Below the pieces are notes generated by a model. It worked only from the letters and a program-made list of their open reading frames with translations. It was not told the origin of the DNA and did not search any database. Position numbers and translations under genes: made by a program. A stretch of 64,000 nt of DNA from Eutreptiella sp. 'Long Island Sound 2002' (lineage: Eukaryota; Protista; Euglenida), in contig OZ038379.1 of NCBI GenBank assembly GCA_964036045.1, positions 16,368,001-16,432,000 of the forward strand, in the 5' to 3' direction. Positions 50,792-61,350 of this stretch are shown here, in pieces (within the stretch, counting starts at the first letter, position 1; the number at the start of each line of letters is the position of its first letter).

Positions 50792-53700
50792 GCTAAACCT
50801 GGTAGGTCCACCCTAGACACTAAAAAGGGTTATAAAACCAAGACTGGTTCCACCAGCTCGGTGACCCTAACCCTAATCAAGACTGAATATTGGGACCGAG
50901 CTGGTGGGGGAGGGCTATGACTGGTGAGGGACATCAAGAATGATTCACACATTGATGGCTCTTGACAAAGTTAAATCAGATTGCAAGTGAACCCCATCAC
51001 CACAAGGCCCACTTTCAAGGCTTTTTGGACTTCTGAGGGGCCAAAATGCCCCAAAATGGGCTCAAAATGGGCTCATTTCACCCGTTGGTGCACCCCAAAT
51101 GGTCTAGGATGAGGTTTGGAAAAATGCGTTTTTGACCCATTTTTGACCCATTTTTGGTCCCAAAACGGCCCATTTTCAAGGCATTTTGGGATTTTCGGAG
51201 GACCAAAATGGGCCACCACAAGCTCAAAACGGTCCAAAAACACTTGTTTTAGCGTCGCACATGGTCCAGGACCATTTTTGAGAAAAGTCATCTTTTTGCC
51301 CCTATTGGACCCTATTGACCCATTTGGGCACCCACCTTTTTGGGCTTGAGCTTGCAGCTTGCCGCAGCCTAGTGGGCCTAGGTATTGGGGTCTGGGCGTC
51401 TGTTTGGGCAATTCTGAGGGGTGGAAACCACAAAAAGTGGGGGGTTGCGGGTGGAGTAGGTGCCCTCGGAATTGTATTTTGAGCCATGTAGCCAAAGATA
51501 TGGCCTATTCTTGGTTTGTGGCTGTCGGCATTTGGAGCTTGTGGGGGCCTTTTTGGGCCGTTTCCGGGACATATCATGGAGTTAGAGGGCCGCAAAGAGC
51601 TTGTTGACACGGGGAAATCAAGCCGCACATGCAGTGTACCCACGGCTTCCCTTCGTTTGGCCGTTTTAAATGTGTTCCGGGGCTTTTTTGGCCCAAAAAT
51701 GGCTGTTTTTGGCCCTAAACTGCAGTTTTTGAAACTGAGGTCCGCCACTTGCAAATCCCGTTCCCGGCCGCCACCGTTGAGTTTCTTGCTCAAACTTTGT
51801 GTGATTGTACTTCACACCCATAGGTATCATCCACCAAAATTTCACCCAAATCCAAAGCACCACGACGGAGTTCTGATTTTTACCCATTTCGCGCGTGCTG
51901 CTTGCTTGCTTGCTGCTGCTGCTTGCTTGCTGCTGCTGCTGCTGCTGCTGCTGCTAAACCTGGTAGGTCCACCCTAGACACTAAAAAGGGTTATAAAACC
52001 AAGACTGGTTCCACCAGCTCGGTGACCCTAGCCCTAACCCTAGCCCTGCCTCTCACCCTAGGCTAGGGTCAGAGTGAGTGTTGGGGTCCAAAATGAAGAG
52101 CGACGATGTGGCAAAAGCAGCCATGAACGAAATTGGGGCGATCTTGTTCAGCCCAATCAACATGGCTGGCATGGCCAAACCAACTAGCTGCAAAGGTTAG
52201 GGTTAGGTTTATGGTGATGGTATGGTTAGAGGGAGGGCAAGGGGAGGTAAGGGGAGCCTGTGCCCCCCTCCCCCCCTGCCTCCCACCCCAAATCGCCCCA
52301 CCTGGACCCCCCCCCCCACCACCCCGAATTGCCCCACTTGGACCCCCCCCCCCCCAACCGACCCTCCCGGACCCCCCCCCCCAGCCCCTCCTATACCCCC
52401 CCCCTTCGCCCTCCCTGAACCCCCCCCCCCCCCCCCCCAAGGGGCCTCCGGCCAACAGTTCGTAGGGGGGGTAGTCGGCGTCCAGAACCGAGGGGTCGCC
52501 CCCCCCGTGAGCGGTGTGTGTGGTGTGCTTTGGCATGCATTGCTGGTTGGCTCATTGTTTTGCTTGCTGTGCTTGCCCAACCCCTTTGCCCCAATCTCCG
52601 AGATGGCAACGTGATCCTCTTCGACTATTGCCAGATGCCCAAGCCACTTGGCGTAGTCCGAGGACACGTCACACACGGACAACGCCCCTGTCGAGGCGCT
52701 GTTTCCACAAACTTCAGTGCCCATTGTTTGCACTGGCATGAACACAGGGCATCACAGACACACAAAGCCATGCAACCGCCACACCAAACAGGAAGACGAA
52801 ACATAGACAAGAATAACACACCAAAAGAGAGGGCCTGCACAAACAGAAGGATGCATGCACAACACCCACACCTGGGTCCGCTTACACTTGTAGGGCAGAG
52901 GGGCCAAGCTTGCAGACCGAGGCTAGTCATTTGTGAGGGGAAAGCAGGGATGACAGGCCCTTCAGGGCCGAATCTACCCACCTTTCCTCAACTCAGGGCT
53001 GTGGTGAGGCTCTCGGCTCTACAAGTCATAGGTCTCCCTGTACCCTTAGGGCAGGGGGTTGGTTGCTTGGTATGGAGTCCTTGTACCGAGTACCTGGTGA
53101 GCACCACCACGTGTCTCACTGTACTGCGGTTGCCTCTTCGGACTGGTGAGACATCCGGAGACCGCCACTGCCCTAGCCGAAGCACGGGTGAAGCGGTTGT
53201 GTGGTGCAGTGCGCAGTGTACTCTCACAGCGGCAGTTATGAGGGGAGGCTTCCACTGGTAACCACTGGGGTGGATGCGTTGCACTGAGGGTTGTATCGGG
53301 CTGGTCTCACTGTACATCCTCACGCGGTGAGGCATGGACACTGCCTGGTCCATGAGAGTCACAAGCCCCCTCTGGTAAAGGGTCCCTTGCCCCTCTTGGA
53401 GGACTGACCTGTCAACGTGAGCCACAGGCCACATTCTCCTCTTGAGCATCCACGGGCTCCAGGCCACTCAGGACACTCCGAGAGTTAGACCCTGCTGGTC
53501 CACAAGACCTCTTGTGGCAGTGAAGGCTATGGACAATCCTGTTGCGCTGTCTCACTCATACACGGCCAAGGTTAGTGAGCTGAGACACAGGGATCTTGGC
53601 AACTTGTACCTAGGGGACACCAAACTAAGCGTGCATGAGACCCCCACCCCACCATGTGGAAGTCGTGCTCTCCTGGAGACCGTGACTGGCAACCCCTATT

Positions 53701-56700
53701 TCTTCCACTTGGTCTGGGAGTGGCGGGGCTGCCTCATCTGAGCAGCACCTTCCCCAGGAGGTGGCAGTCCCTGGTGGTGGAGGCCCCCTGTCCAAGCCCA
53801 TCTGACTCGGCTTTAGGGTACCTCCAGAGCAAATAATTTAGATGAGGACAAATTTGATGTGGACAAATGTGGAACCCCTCCCTCCTACCAAATATTTCCT
53901 TCAATTTTAAGGATGCTATGTGCCACAATGTGTGCACCTGTAACAGCACCCATCCAAAACCCACCAAGACATGTTAGCAACCATCCATGAGGAAACAACA
54001 GCAATGAATATCAATTTACCAGCCGACCATACCTGCATGGCACCGGCTTGCCGGCCTTGGGCTTTCAGCAGCGGGGCCTGTGGCAAAAAGGGAGTGGGGG
54101 TCAGGCAGGGAGGGGGCAAAGGCGGGCACAGCGGGGAGAGTAGTGAGGGAAGTGGGGGACTCGCTGTAGGGGTGTGGAGGAGCAGGTGCACCGGGTTGCG
54201 TGTGTGCTGGGGCCAAAGCCAAGGGGCTGGTACCCAGGTTCTGGCAAGGAAGTCAGGATGGTTGGATCCCTTTTTAGGGGTCTCGTGGGTCCATGGGGGG
54301 CCGAGAGGGGGGGCTGCATTTTGCTTGGGTCTGGGGTCAGATGTAGGGTCAGTCACTACCAGTGCACGACACTGGTAGTGACTGCTCACTCACTCACTCA
54401 CTCACTCACTCACTCACTCACTCACTCACTCACACACTGGTGCGCGTGCGCGCGCACACACACACACACACACACACATGCACGGAGTACTCCCATCCGA
54501 CAAAGGCGGAGTACCCACATCCACTCAGGGTGGTGCTGGCTGCAGAGCTCCCCCCAGCAGGACCCAGGCACCTGCCTACAGTGGGTGGGTGTATACTGTG
54601 TGAGTGAGTGAGTGTGTGGGTGTGTATCAGTGGGTGTGTATCAGTGGGTGTGCATAAGCGTATCAGCGATGCACCTGCCTGTCCTCAGTATAAGTGCCAT
54701 GTGGCTCATGTCCACAAGGCCTTCGACCACCAGAAGGACCTTCAGAAGGATTTGGTGCATCCGCATGAATACGGGCACTACGTCATTGCCTACGAATTGT
54801 ACGAAGGCATAGCCCGGCCTCCTCTCGGCCTTGAAAATGTACATTTCATCACAGGTCCTATGTGTTTCGCTGCAAGGCCAATGGTCGTTTGGCAGGCTTG
54901 GCATCGCGTGAGCTTATCAGCGTCTCGCATCCTTTGGCATCACATGGGGTGTTGGAGCACGGAGCACCTGAAACATTCCATTTGCCTGGATAACTGCCGC
55001 CTGCATTCGAGACATATGGCCTCTCCCTTACTGGTATTACTCAGGCCCAAGTGAGTGATAAGTGCCAAGGAAACCTTCCCCTATGACATACCCCTGTTGA
55101 TTCCGGCTGCCAAATCTGTGGGGGGATTCTGAATACTGCAATGGTCAACCCTTGACGTCTTCAAAAAAAGAAAGAGGCACAGTGAAATGCTGAACCGAAC
55201 TGAATGCCATTGAATCCAACCTGGTCGTGGTTTGGGCAGCTTCATGTGCAGGAGCTGCAGCCGCTCGTCAGTACAGATCCCATGGAGAGGGTCACTTGCC
55301 ACTAGATGCTGTTTCATGATACTCAAGGGCTTTGGTGCATGCACCCCGTTCCCCTGCATGAGCCCCAGCCACAAAACAGCACAGTAGAACACAACACAAC
55401 ACCAACCAGGGATAGATCTAAATTGTGTGTCACTCATGGGCGGGGGTGGGGGTGGGGGAGTAGTGAATTGTAACACATCACAATATATTCAAAGGGCCAT
55501 AGTGAGAAATCTGCATTTCCAAAAATATTGTGACGCCTGAAAGGCTCGACAGTACTTCTTGGGGCTGGGTGCGACTGTTGGTCTTTCATGTGTGCAACTG
55601 TCACATTGCGTGTCCAGACCTATTTGGTGCCCACAAGCATTTTGGTAACAGACTGAGCTGGCCCATGATCTGCATGCATTTGATTGGGGCTGAAGATGTT
55701 AATTCTGATGGGTATCCATACACCTTAGTGGCACAGTCTTGGGGTCCCACACAACGTCAGTGGCGCTCTTCTCAAAATGTCAAGAAGCTTTGCAGGGACA
55801 AGGGAAAGGGACGAAGGAGGATCCTGTTCTGCCTGAATCTGTACAGTACATTGACCATCTGGGAGAGGACTCAGATAGATGTAGCTCCTTGTCCTGTTCC
55901 AGAAGCATCTCAACAGATGCCTCTGGCTCAAGCACCATCACCAGGAGTGAGAGTGAAAGTGAAAGCAACGCTGGTGAGGGGAACAGTAACAGTAATTAAG
56001 AAGCCTTGCGTTGATTGCTTAACCTGACAGGATGTGTTGCATGCCTCGCGGCAGCTGGTGTGGCTACACCCGGGGCTGGTTTTTTTGTGACGCATATAGT
56101 GGCACTTTGTCACAACAGGGTGGGGAGAGACCCACCCCCCTCCCGGTTCGACCTATCCCTGACACAAACACGATTGACGCTGGAACGCATGCATAGCACT
56201 GTGCAGTAGCGAATGCAATGCAGTGCCTGGATAATCTTCCCATTCCATAACTTCATCCAAAACCAATGCTGCAGATATTCACAATCAATCAATCGACTTC
56301 CTTGGGTACACTTTTCAAGCCCAGGGGATCCCTCCGGATGAGCAGCGCTGGCTTGAGTTCCATAACATAACTGTGACAGGTGATGGCCCGCCCTAAACTC
56401 TCTGTCGCTCTGCTTTTGCCTGCTGGCAAAGCAGCTGAAGCACCCAGGAATCAGGGGCGGGGGCGCTGTAGCAACGCCAAGTCCAAAGGCCTGTGACGGT
56501 TGGCAAGAAGAAGTCGCGTTGGCATCAGAGGACAGAGCCAGCTCCCTGTACATGTATTTGTGTAAATATGGGAGCCGCTCCGACTCAGTGGCCATGAAGC
56601 AGAAAAGATAGGAATGAGGAATGGTGATGCACAGCCCAGAAGAGGCAGGGCAGAGGGATATACGTAGAAGGAAGTGGGGGCCGTGGTGCAGGGGGTGTGA

Positions 56701-59700
56701 GGTGTGGAGTACCAGCAGCCAAATGCATCAGACTTTGTGTGGTAATCAGACATGATGCCAAAATGGGCACTTTGGCGTAGATAATATGAAGCACAGATGT
56801 CATGTCATGCAAGCGGGTCTGGGTAGCGACCATAGGGAATTGCTGCGGGAAGGGGGTGGGGAGTGTCTGGGTGTGGCCAGACTAGTACTGTGAACGGCAG
56901 GTCCCATCAGTGGCGGCGAAGGGGTAGGGTGGCGGTGGGGGGCGGTGGGACACCATGCGGCCAAATTGCAGGTGAGAGATCCCCCATTGCCCCCCCCCCC
57001 CCCCCCGCAGAGGAAGAGCCCATACTGCCCAAACTCCTGCACCCCACCTCCTTGCACAAGCAGGTGCTTGCCAGCGACAGATACTGTGTGAGACCTTGCT
57101 TTTGTTAACTATGTGTGTTGGGTAGCTGCACACACCTCCACATAGCCATAGACGGCTACACAACTGCCCCCCGGCCTGGAACAGCGCCAGGGACCGGTCA
57201 CCGTCGATCCCTGTGACCGGCTGAATGGCCTAACAGTGGCCACAGGGGCCACAGAGGTGCCAGCAGTTCAACAATGGTCCTGTGTACCGAAGCACAGGGG
57301 CCAACAGTACAACAGTGGCCCGGTTCCCCAAAGCACAGGGGCCTGCAGGTGATGAATATCCGCGAGTGCGCAGCACAGGGGCCAGCAGGTCCACCATGGC
57401 CCAAAAGCCGGCCCACAACAGAGGCACGAGGACAACGGTGCCAAGGACCGGCTGTGCACCAGATCCCCGGCCATGGACTCCAGGGTACCCCAGGACGTTG
57501 AGGACGCGACTGGCCCCCTCCCTGGACCTTCAGTGACCCGTAGAGTACAGTGCCAGGGACTGGTCAGCGTTAACCGCTGCGACCGGCTACACCACCCAAC
57601 AGTGGCCACAGGGGCCACACATGGGCCGGCACAATGGCCTTGCAGTGAAGCACAAGGGCCAGCAGTTCAATACTGGCCTGTGCACCGAGCCAGCAGTTCA
57701 GGAATGGCCTTGTTCATTTGGTGGAGAGGCAAGGCAAGCCTAGGGCCACCCTCGACCAAGTCAACACAAGGATGGACCCTGCACTACTGCCAGCCCCGCC
57801 CCGTGTTTAAGGCTTCGTTCAAGGTCAGGTTCTTAGCCCAGGGGTAGGTTCACAGCCCACCTGTCTACCAGTTCCCATTGGTATGACATCCCGGATATTG
57901 CCTTTTGGTAACAGTGCCTTCGACACCCACAGCCTCATGTGGGGTGCCCTGGCTCAGACCCTGACACCCCTTCCCCCCCTCTGGGAGGTCCAAAATATTG
58001 AGGAGGTTTGGACCACATTTGGCCCAACCCTGGCGCCAAAGGCGCCGGAAACTTTTTATTGGCATACCGCGGGGGGGGGGGGGGATTGACTTCACCCTCT
58101 GTGTGTATGCTCAAAATGCTCAGAATTTTATGGGGAATTCAACTATGCATGCAAAACAGGAAAAATTTTTCACCCCTGACCTTACCCCCCCCCCCCCAGC
58201 CCCCCCCCAAGTCTGGGTGCTGGGACCGGACCCCCAGTGGGTAAATTTTTCAAAAACCCCACATATGCGTGTTCAAAACGATCAGCGCAACGAGGGGATC
58301 ATTTGATGTGTGTATGTTGGGGTACCCGGGACCCCCCCCACCCAACGGGCGCCACCCCCCACCCCCAGGGCCCAAAAGGTTAGGGGGGGTGTTGGTGTCA
58401 GGTCTGAGCCTAAACCCCACGCACAGCCCCCCCCAGTCACACACAGTCACACTACACACAGTTACACACAGTTACACACAGCCGCACACGGCCACTGAAA
58501 CAAAACAAAACCTGCCAGGTATCTTTTCAGATCGCTCTGTTGTTGTCCTGCCGATCCCCATCATGTGCACAGGTATGGAAGTGACCACCCCAGTGATCCT
58601 CAGCATCAGCAGCCCTGCCATCTTTACCCCCAACACGAACGTTGTGGTGTCTGCATCCGATTCTCAAAACAGCACGCAAGTGTTGCTGGACGCCATGGCT
58701 TCTGTCAATGGGGTATGCTGCTCCAGAACGTAAATGCTGTGCATCTGCATGCGATTGGGCGCTTTGATTCTTGTGCCAGGGACAAGTGCCCCCGATTGCA
58801 TCACCACGGCTTTGTCTACGCACGGTGACCCCGTCTGTCCAGTGTTTTCCTGGCCACAGTTTTGTGATCAAGAACGTGAGATGACATGTTCTTGAGCCGG
58901 TTGTCGTGAGCAAGAGGGGACGGGTCATGTGTGTGAACAGTTGTGTCTGCTCAGAAAAATTTGTGCCTCGAGACTGCAACTAGTTTCTGTTTGTTTTGAG
59001 GTCCCGTTCATCTGATAGTGTCAACTGGCAGCAAATGTGGCCAGTGCGCAGCTGTCAAGGCGGGCGACCCTTAGAGCCGGAGCGGGCACAGGAGGAAACA
59101 AGGGAGGCGCTAATGCAACAGGAGGAACTAGACAAAGTCGCGGTGTGGGGCTCGGCACCGAGGCTGGCAAGACGTGACAGAATACCAGCCGGCACATGCG
59201 GAGGGGCATGACGGCCACCGGGTCGGGCAATGCGGGAGGGCTGGGCGCATGAAGGGCTTGCTGCAATGGGGCCAACCCCCCAGGAACCGCTTGGCCTGTG
59301 GGTCGCGCTGAAGCATGGCCCTGTCTCAGCACGGCATCGCCGTCAGACTGTTGCCCCTGACTGTCGCAAGGGGGTGACAGCTGTTGGCGCTTGTGGGCCT
59401 TTGTGTGTCGTGGTAGGGGCGCTGGGGAATGGGGTGGATGCTGGATGTTTCCGAGCGTGTGAACAGCATGTCCACAACCAATGGGCAGTGGAAAAGACAT
59501 GGGGGTTATGGTTTGGGGAGACACAGGCTGTGTCGACCAATGAGATCATGCTCCATGAGCAGGTGTGCGCCACTGTACAGAAACGCTACACAGAAGGCAG
59601 AGTGTCATCAAAAGGGGGGGGAGGACATGTGTTGTAAGTGCCCTGCCCTTCGCCGTTCACAACCAATAGACAGTGCGTGTTGTGTTCAGTTTCCCCGTTT

Positions 59701-61350
59701 TTTCGGTCTATTCCAAACCCCCACATGGACATCCATGTTTGTGTCCTGGGGGGGGGGGACTCCGCTGGTCCCAGGATGCCAACTACCCCTGCCCCCCCCC
59801 CCCCCCCCTAGGGGCCTCCGGCCAACAGTTAGTTGCCAAAGGTGCCGCCCCTAGGCGTCCATGGGCGCCAAAGGCACGCGACGCTTCATGGGCACCAAAG
59901 GTGCCCAAAGGAAAAATTTGTCCACTTTGCACCCCAACACTATCCTTAAACCCAACCCTCACCCTAACGCCCACCCCAACCCTACGCCTCGTCTTAATCC
60001 TAGCTGAACCCCAAGCCCTAACCCTAACCCTAGCCCTAGCCCTAGTGCTAGCTCTAGCCCAAGGCTATGATCAGAGTTATTGTGGGGTCCACAATGGAGA
60101 GCAATGATGTGGCAAAAGCAGCCATGAACGAAATTTGGGGATCTTGTTCAGCCCAATCAACATGGCTAGCATGGCCGAACCAGCTGGCTGCAAAGGTTAG
60201 GGTTAGGTTTATGGTGATGCTATGGTTAGGTAGAGGGCAAGTGGAGGTAAGGGGAGCCTGTGCCCCCCCCCCCCCCCTTTGAACCCCAAATCGCCCCACC
60301 TGGACCCCCCCCCCCCAACCGACCCTCCCGAACCCTCCCCCCCCCCCCAAAGCCCTTCCCAAGCATCCCCCCATCGCCCCTCCCAGAACCTCCCCTCCCA
60401 GTGCCCCCCCCCCCCCTTCCAGGGGGCCTTCGGCCACCAGTTAGTTGGGGGGGTAGTTGGCGTCCAGGGCCGAGGAGTCGCCCCCCCCCCCCCCGGGGTT
60501 TGTGTGCTTTGGGATGTTTCTCTTGGAAAACCTGTTGTGCTGGGCATTCCGCATTCTGCTTCGGGCGAGGCGAATGCGGTAGCTTTTGGTTTTGTCGCAT
60601 TCTGAACCTCAGAGAGCGTGAGGATCGGACTCAACAATGCAGCCCATGGAAGGCAAGTAGTGGGGTGGGGGCGGGGCTAGTTTGTTTCAAATGTAAGCTA
60701 AGGCACATTACAATGATGTACAAATGCAACGCAACGCAATGTGGTGCATGCAAACGTGTTGTGTGGATGGTTTGCACGAATTTCGGTGCCAAAGAAATAG
60801 TCCCCACGGATAATGGAGCTTTCGCGGGGCCTAGCAATGCACCATCATGTGTGGGTCAGCGTGGTTTTGTTTGCTTTGTTTTCTTGCCGTGCGCATGTCT
60901 ACGGAGCAAGGGCAGTAGTGGCGTTTGTTGGCAGTACCATTTATATGGGCTGGTTTTGTGTGTTATAGTTTCAGGGCGAAGCCGGTGCCGCCCGTGGCGC
61001 ATGGTGGTGCTTCGGGGCCCTTGTGGGCAGCCATATTCGTAGTGCAACAGCTGTGGACGGTAGTTGTCGGGCGTGGGGATTGGCGCCACTGTGAGCATTC
61101 ATTGGCGGCCGTGCGGGCATGTGTGGGAGTGACGTGGTCATGTCGGGGGCATGGGCGGGATGCAGTGGGCAGCTGTGGGCTGGCAATACGGAGGGTTGGA
61201 CCCCCCCCCCCCCGCCGTCCGCCCGTTGACGTGCATCTGTTTTGTGTGCAGAGCATCACATTCACCGTAGACCCGGGCACCGGCAGTACGTCGATCCCAA
61301 AGACATTCACAGTCCACATGCGGGGGCAGTGTGCCCGGACCGAATTGCAG
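38866..61350 (+). CDS. Secreted SGNH/GDSL-family hydrolase with C-terminal extension; join(38866..38964,39319..39423?,39840..39959,41684..41833,47940..48040,49146..49257,54689..54854,58531..58712,61252..>61350), at least 378 aa, 3' end not found
   Basis: Signal peptide MRWQVVLLTILASLTYG. Block I FITGDSIARG, block II TE|INKGETG, block III PDAVVVEWGVND and block V DLVHPHEYGHYVIA are present. All junctions are GT-AG with compatible phases (0,0,0,0,2,0,1,0). Confidence 0.85.
39319..39423 (+). CDS. SGNH hydrolase exon 2 (5' boundary uncertain)
   Basis: Phase-0 AG at 39317-39318; TMKAVGRQ...DDLDQSKQ; donor GTCACA leads into RVFITGDS. Confidence 0.5.
39840..39959 (+). CDS. SGNH hydrolase exon 3 (GDS nucleophile)
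   Basis: Acceptor TTCTCTGTTCCAG; RVFITGDSIARGLMMGH...TDTVTE; donor GTGTGT. Confidence 0.88.
41684..41833 (+). CDS. SGNH hydrolase exon 4 (blocks II-III)
   Basis: INKGETGW...LEPDAVVVEWGVNDHFWGYQ; flanked by AG and GTGCGT. Confidence 0.9.
42317..45492 (+). mobile_element. Sola1-type DNA transposon with disrupted transposase
   Basis: TSD ATAT (42313-42316 and 45493-45496) and ~40-bp TIRs CTCTC(T)GGGA....TCCTGCCAACACGGAGC. Transposase blocks: YFVPYCGSRRQICKTPFL; GKGFNETTSAL; LFIHTDGCCSEFLN; FIKGHSYNLCD. Confidence 0.82.
42563..45240 (+). pseudogene. Sola1/DUF7869-like DDE transposase, fragmented (42563-43012, 44306-44512, 44473-44778, 44785-45240)
   Basis: The catalytic-core pattern GKG.NE...L.l..D(N/G)C...N...F...GH(S/T)...CD is recognisable despite stops and frameshifts. 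Confidence 0.8.
47940..48040 (+). CDS. SGNH hydrolase exon 5
   Basis: EDEFLACYDKLLSDLRFVKPDMPIAVMTTVADW plus AG; acceptor GGTTGCAG; donor GTGTGT. Confidence 0.87.
49146..49257 (+). CDS. SGNH hydrolase exon 6
   Basis: Phase-2 entry completes R; FPNKHLSPEQKKRAW...GIQELAVQ; donor GTGCTT. Confidence 0.85.
49714..50868 (+). mobile_element. Element B, copy 1 of a head-to-tail dimer
   Basis: Starts TCAAGACTGAATATTGGGACCGAGCTGGTGG after CCTAA and ends CCACCAGCTCGGTGACCCT; (GCTT)n at ~50740-50790. Confidence 0.88.
50877..52029 (+). mobile_element. Element B, copy 2 of the dimer
   Basis: Same termini; separated from copy 1 only by telomere-type repeats (GACCCTAACCCTAA junction); followed by CCCTAG/CCCTAA repeats. 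Confidence 0.88.
54385..54477. repeat. Compound microsatellite (CACT)n-(CG)n-(CA)n
   Basis: Directly visible. Confidence 0.9.
54689..54854 (+). CDS. SGNH hydrolase exon 7 (catalytic DxxH)
   Basis: YKCHVAHVHKAFDHQKDLQKDLVHPHEYGHYVIAYELY...; the 3' donor GTCCTA (phase 1) is less certain. Confidence 0.85.
57185..57720. repeat. Degenerate ~41-bp minisatellite (AGCACAGGGGCCAGCAG core) with a ~360-bp higher-order repeat
   Basis: The core recurs at ~57242, 57291, 57332, 57372, 57607 and 57649; the block at 57185-57250 recurs at ~57550-57620. Confidence 0.7.
57951..58410. mobile_element. MITE (~460 bp)
   Basis: TIR GGCTCAGACC(C)TGACACC / GGTGTCAGGTCTGAGCC; no convincing TSD. Confidence 0.6.
58531..58712 (+). 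CDS. SGNH hydrolase exon 8 (C-terminal extension)
   Basis: Acceptor ATCTTTTCAG, phase 1; RSVVVLPIPIMC...LLDAMASVNG; donor GTATGC. Confidence 0.7.
59745..60497. mobile_element. Non-autonomous hAT-like TIR element, copy 3 (empty reference copy, 753 bp)
   Basis: Perfect 8-bp TSD GTTTGTGT (59737-59744 and 60498-60505). Contains uninterrupted CCCTAA/CCCTAG and GGTTAGGGTTAGG tracts. Confidence 0.9.
61252..61350 (+). CDS. SGNH hydrolase exon 9
   Basis: Acceptor TTTTGTGTGCAG; SITFTVDPGTGSTSIPKTFTVHMRGQCARTELQ; donor GTACGC. Confidence 0.72.

Larger units (their letters stand above)
49449..52509. mobile_element. Non-autonomous hAT-like TIR element, copy 2, containing an element B dimer
   Basis: Perfect 8-bp TSD AGCGGTGT (49441-49448 and 52510-52517); termini CACGGGG...CCCCGTG. 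Confidence 0.9.

Noticed and set aside
49918-51977. Long ORFs repeated in every element B copy (e.g. MWLSAFGA..., MATWLK...)
   Set aside because: They occur in several frames on both strands, stops and lengths vary between copies, one runs through a microsatellite, and no domain motif is recognisable.
57240-57420. CRISPR-like repeat-spacer appearance (17-nt core, ~24-nt gaps)
   Set aside because: The 'spacers' resemble each other, repeats are degenerate, there are no cas genes and the context is a eukaryotic intron; it is a minisatellite.
15200-61350. Euglenid non-conventional (non-GT-AG) introns
   Set aside because: All 12 modelled introns are satisfied by GT-AG with correct phases.
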